NCBI GenBank assembly: GCA_038087875.1
Contig: JAXLNO010000844.1
Span: 1-64,000, forward strand
Source: Malacoraja senta
Taxonomy: Eukaryota
Length of the DNA stretch: 64,000 nt
Reading direction: 5' to 3'
Part shown: in pieces, positions 61,453 through 64,000 of the stretch
Numbering within the stretch: position 1 is the first letter of the stretch
Layout of the letters: the number at the start of each line of letters is the position of its first letter
Notes under the pieces: model-generated
Databases searched by the model: none
What the model saw: only the letters and a program-made list of their open reading frames with translations
What the model was told of the DNA's origin: nothing
Translations under genes and position numbers: made by a program

Positions 61453-61660
61453 GTGAGTGAGAGTGAGTGAAGAGTGTAGAGAGTGAGTGAGAGTGAGTGG
61501 GTGAATGTCAGTGTGTGTGTGAGTGAGAGTGAGTGAGAATGAGTGAAGAATGAGTGAGATTGAATGGATGAATGTGAGTAAGTGAGAGAGAGTGAGTGGG
61601 TGAGTGAGAGAGTTGGTAAGATAGTGGGTGAGTGGGTGAGTGGGTGAGTGTGTGTGTTAG
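61453..61660. repeat. (GAGT/GTGA)n-rich simple repeat
   Basis: Direct reading. Confidence 0.85.
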
Positions 61661-62837
61661 AATTGTGCAGACCATACCAACATATTCCCAGAATAAAAGG
61701 ACAGAAAAGCTATGTCACCTTCCAGATAGTTGAGACTGCCCCTCCATGACACAGATCACAGATCACATGTAGACACAAAATATCCATTCTATATGAAGCT
61801 GACCAGCATTTTGAGACCACTTTTACACAATCACATTTCGGCATCCGTTGGCCGATACGTTTCCTAGCTGACTGCGACTCTCCTTTTTCTTCAGGATAAC
61901 GTGAACGTTGGTAGAGGAGCCCACCGCATAGTATATATTGCCGTCGTCTGGAATGACCACCGCTTGGGACAGAAGAGAAAAAAACACAATCAGTACATTT
62001 CCAAACGTAGACTGGGCGACCGTTTCACTGAACACTAGGCCTACGAGGCTTACGTGATCGCCCGTCTGACAAACATTTCAATGGTCCTTTGTTGTCACGT
62101 GTACCGAGGTACAGTGGCATTTGGTTTATTATATAGTCACACCAAAAAGGCAACAAGATACAAAACTACTTAAAAATTAAACATAAACACCCACCACAGC
62201 GGCGTGTGAGAATCCCCAGGCCACACAGCATAAGCGGAGATCCACAGCCATCAGTTTAATGTTCGGGCCACACACACACTCGCACGCTCCTTCACCGTAA
62301 TGTGACCAGAGTTGTACGGACCGCTACCACTCTCTCTGCAGTCCCTGTCAACCCGAACAGTCAGAAAGCCGTCCACACTCGCACCAGACTCGGGGATGTT
62401 CACATGGCGCCATGACCTGATAAACACCGAGATCACCGCACACACGGCACTCCCTCCGAATCCTCACCAGTGCAGGCAGCACGACCATCTTGTTGTTTAC
62501 GGCAACCCCACGTTCCCCACTGATAGAAGGCAAATAACTTATACCTTCATCCCTGCTTTGAACACCCCTTCAGAATTAAAGGATGTTCTTTTAGGAAGGA
62601 GATGAGACATTTCTTTAGTCAGAGGATGGTGAATCTGTGGAATTCTTTGACACTGAAGGCTGTTGAGGCCAAATCAATGAACAAGGCAGAGATAGATTCT
62701 TGATTAGTACAGGTGTCAGGGGTTATGGGGAGAAGGCAGGGGAATGGGGTTAGGAGGGAGAGGTAGATCAACCATGATTGAATGGCGGAGTATGACTTGA
62801 TGGGCCGAATGGTCTTATCCTACTCCTATTCCTGACC

Positions 62838-62935
62838 CACACTGAGCTTTCTGTCCTGGGTCTCCTCCATTGCCAGAGTGAGGACAAACGCAAGCTGGAG
62901 GAACAGCACCTCATATTTCACTTGGGCAACTTGTA
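62838..62935 (+). mobile_element. Penelope GIY-YIG C-terminal fragment
   Basis: ELSVLGLLHCQSEDKRKLEEQHLIFHLG, homologous to 9780-9870. Confidence 0.7.
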
Positions 62936-63199
62936 CATAGCTTTATGTTACAGTTTAGTTTATTGCCACATGTACCGAGGCAAAGCAAAAAGCTTTTTGT
63001 TGCATGCTAACCAGCAGCAGAAAGACAATACATGATGATCCATTTACAATGTATAGATACATGATAAGGGAATATTGATCGTGCAAGGTAAAGCAAGAAA
63101 GTCCGATCAAGGATAGTCCGAGGGTCACCAATGAGGTAGATAGTTCAGGACTGCTCTATGAACATTGAATTGTCTCATTTTAACTAACTTCATCTTACA

Positions 63200-63545
63200 C
63201 CCACTCCCCCTCCACCCTTGCCCCCCTTCCTCCACCCTACTCATTTTACCACAGTTCTCCACATTGTTTCTCTTGAGATCACACCTTCAGCCAGTCAACA
63301 ATGGACTTACCAGGCACCACCCCATCTGAGCTCATTTGTGGCCGACCCTGATGGCTCCTGATTTTCTCACCTCCAGCTCTTCACCTCTTCCTTCCCCCCA
63401 CCCCACCTACATGCAGTCTGAAGAAGAGTCCCGACCCGAAATGTTACCCATTCATTTTCTCCAGAGATGTTGCCTGAACCGCTGGGTTACTCCAGATCTT
63501 TGTGTCTATCTTTGATATTAAACCAGCATCTGCAGTTCTTTGTTT
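63200..63545 (+). mobile_element. Penelope 3' UTR/end with degenerate hammerhead at 63418-63445
   Basis: C-rich UTR, CTGAAGAAGAGTCCCGACCCGAAATGTT, and the shared ccagagatgttgcctg...ttactccag tail. Confidence 0.65.
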
Positions 63546-64000
63546 TTACATTTATTTACATTGCAGTCTTGCTTTGTGAATAGAAAGCTACATATCCAGT
63601 GAATAAGTTTGTAAATCACAGGAGCAGAATTAGGCCATTCGGCCCATCGGGTTTAATCTGCCCTTCAATAATCGCTAATCTATCTTTCCATCTCAACCCC
63701 ATTCCCCTGCCTTCTCCTCATAACCCCTGACACCTGCACTAATCAAGAATCTGGCAATCTCTGTTTTAAAAATATCCATTGACTTGGCCTTTTCAGTCAT
63801 CTGTGGCAATGAATTCCACAGATTCACCACTTTCTGGCTAAATAAAATCCTCCTCATCTCCTTTCTAAAGGTGTGTACTGTAGAAGTTATAGAATTCTAA
63901 ATGATTCAGAGTGGGGCTTAGTTGCAATACCGTCTCAAATCTTGCAGCACACTACAAAAGGGTTTACCTCACTTGGATTTACACTCAATAATATTATAAT

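Overview
Repeat-dense cartilaginous-fish genomic DNA, probably skate/ray, judged from HE1-type SINEs and HER1/CR1 LINEs. It has two N gaps. The only well-supported host gene is a + strand non-classical MHC class I heavy-chain gene: leader 31-82, alpha1 4020-4280, alpha2 6026-6301, alpha3 7506-7778, TM 15628-~15761. It has lost most peptide-anchoring residues, has a hydrophobic predicted groove and six Cys in alpha2, and carries an in-frame TAG in alpha3. A Passport-like Tc1 sits 11 bp upstream of the TM-exon acceptor. The rest is transposable elements. These include many Penelope-like 3' ends carrying minimal hammerhead-ribozyme motifs, HE1 SINEs, CR1/L2/RTE/Rex1 LINE fragments, hAT and MITE elements and a non-autonomous Helitron. 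There is also a nested stack: BEL/Pao > LTR-bounded Gypsy > THAP-domain P/hAT element, Rex1 and CR1. A second Gypsy relic and a 9-bp-phase GC-rich repeat array lie near the end. All coordinates were read by eye; no database search was run.
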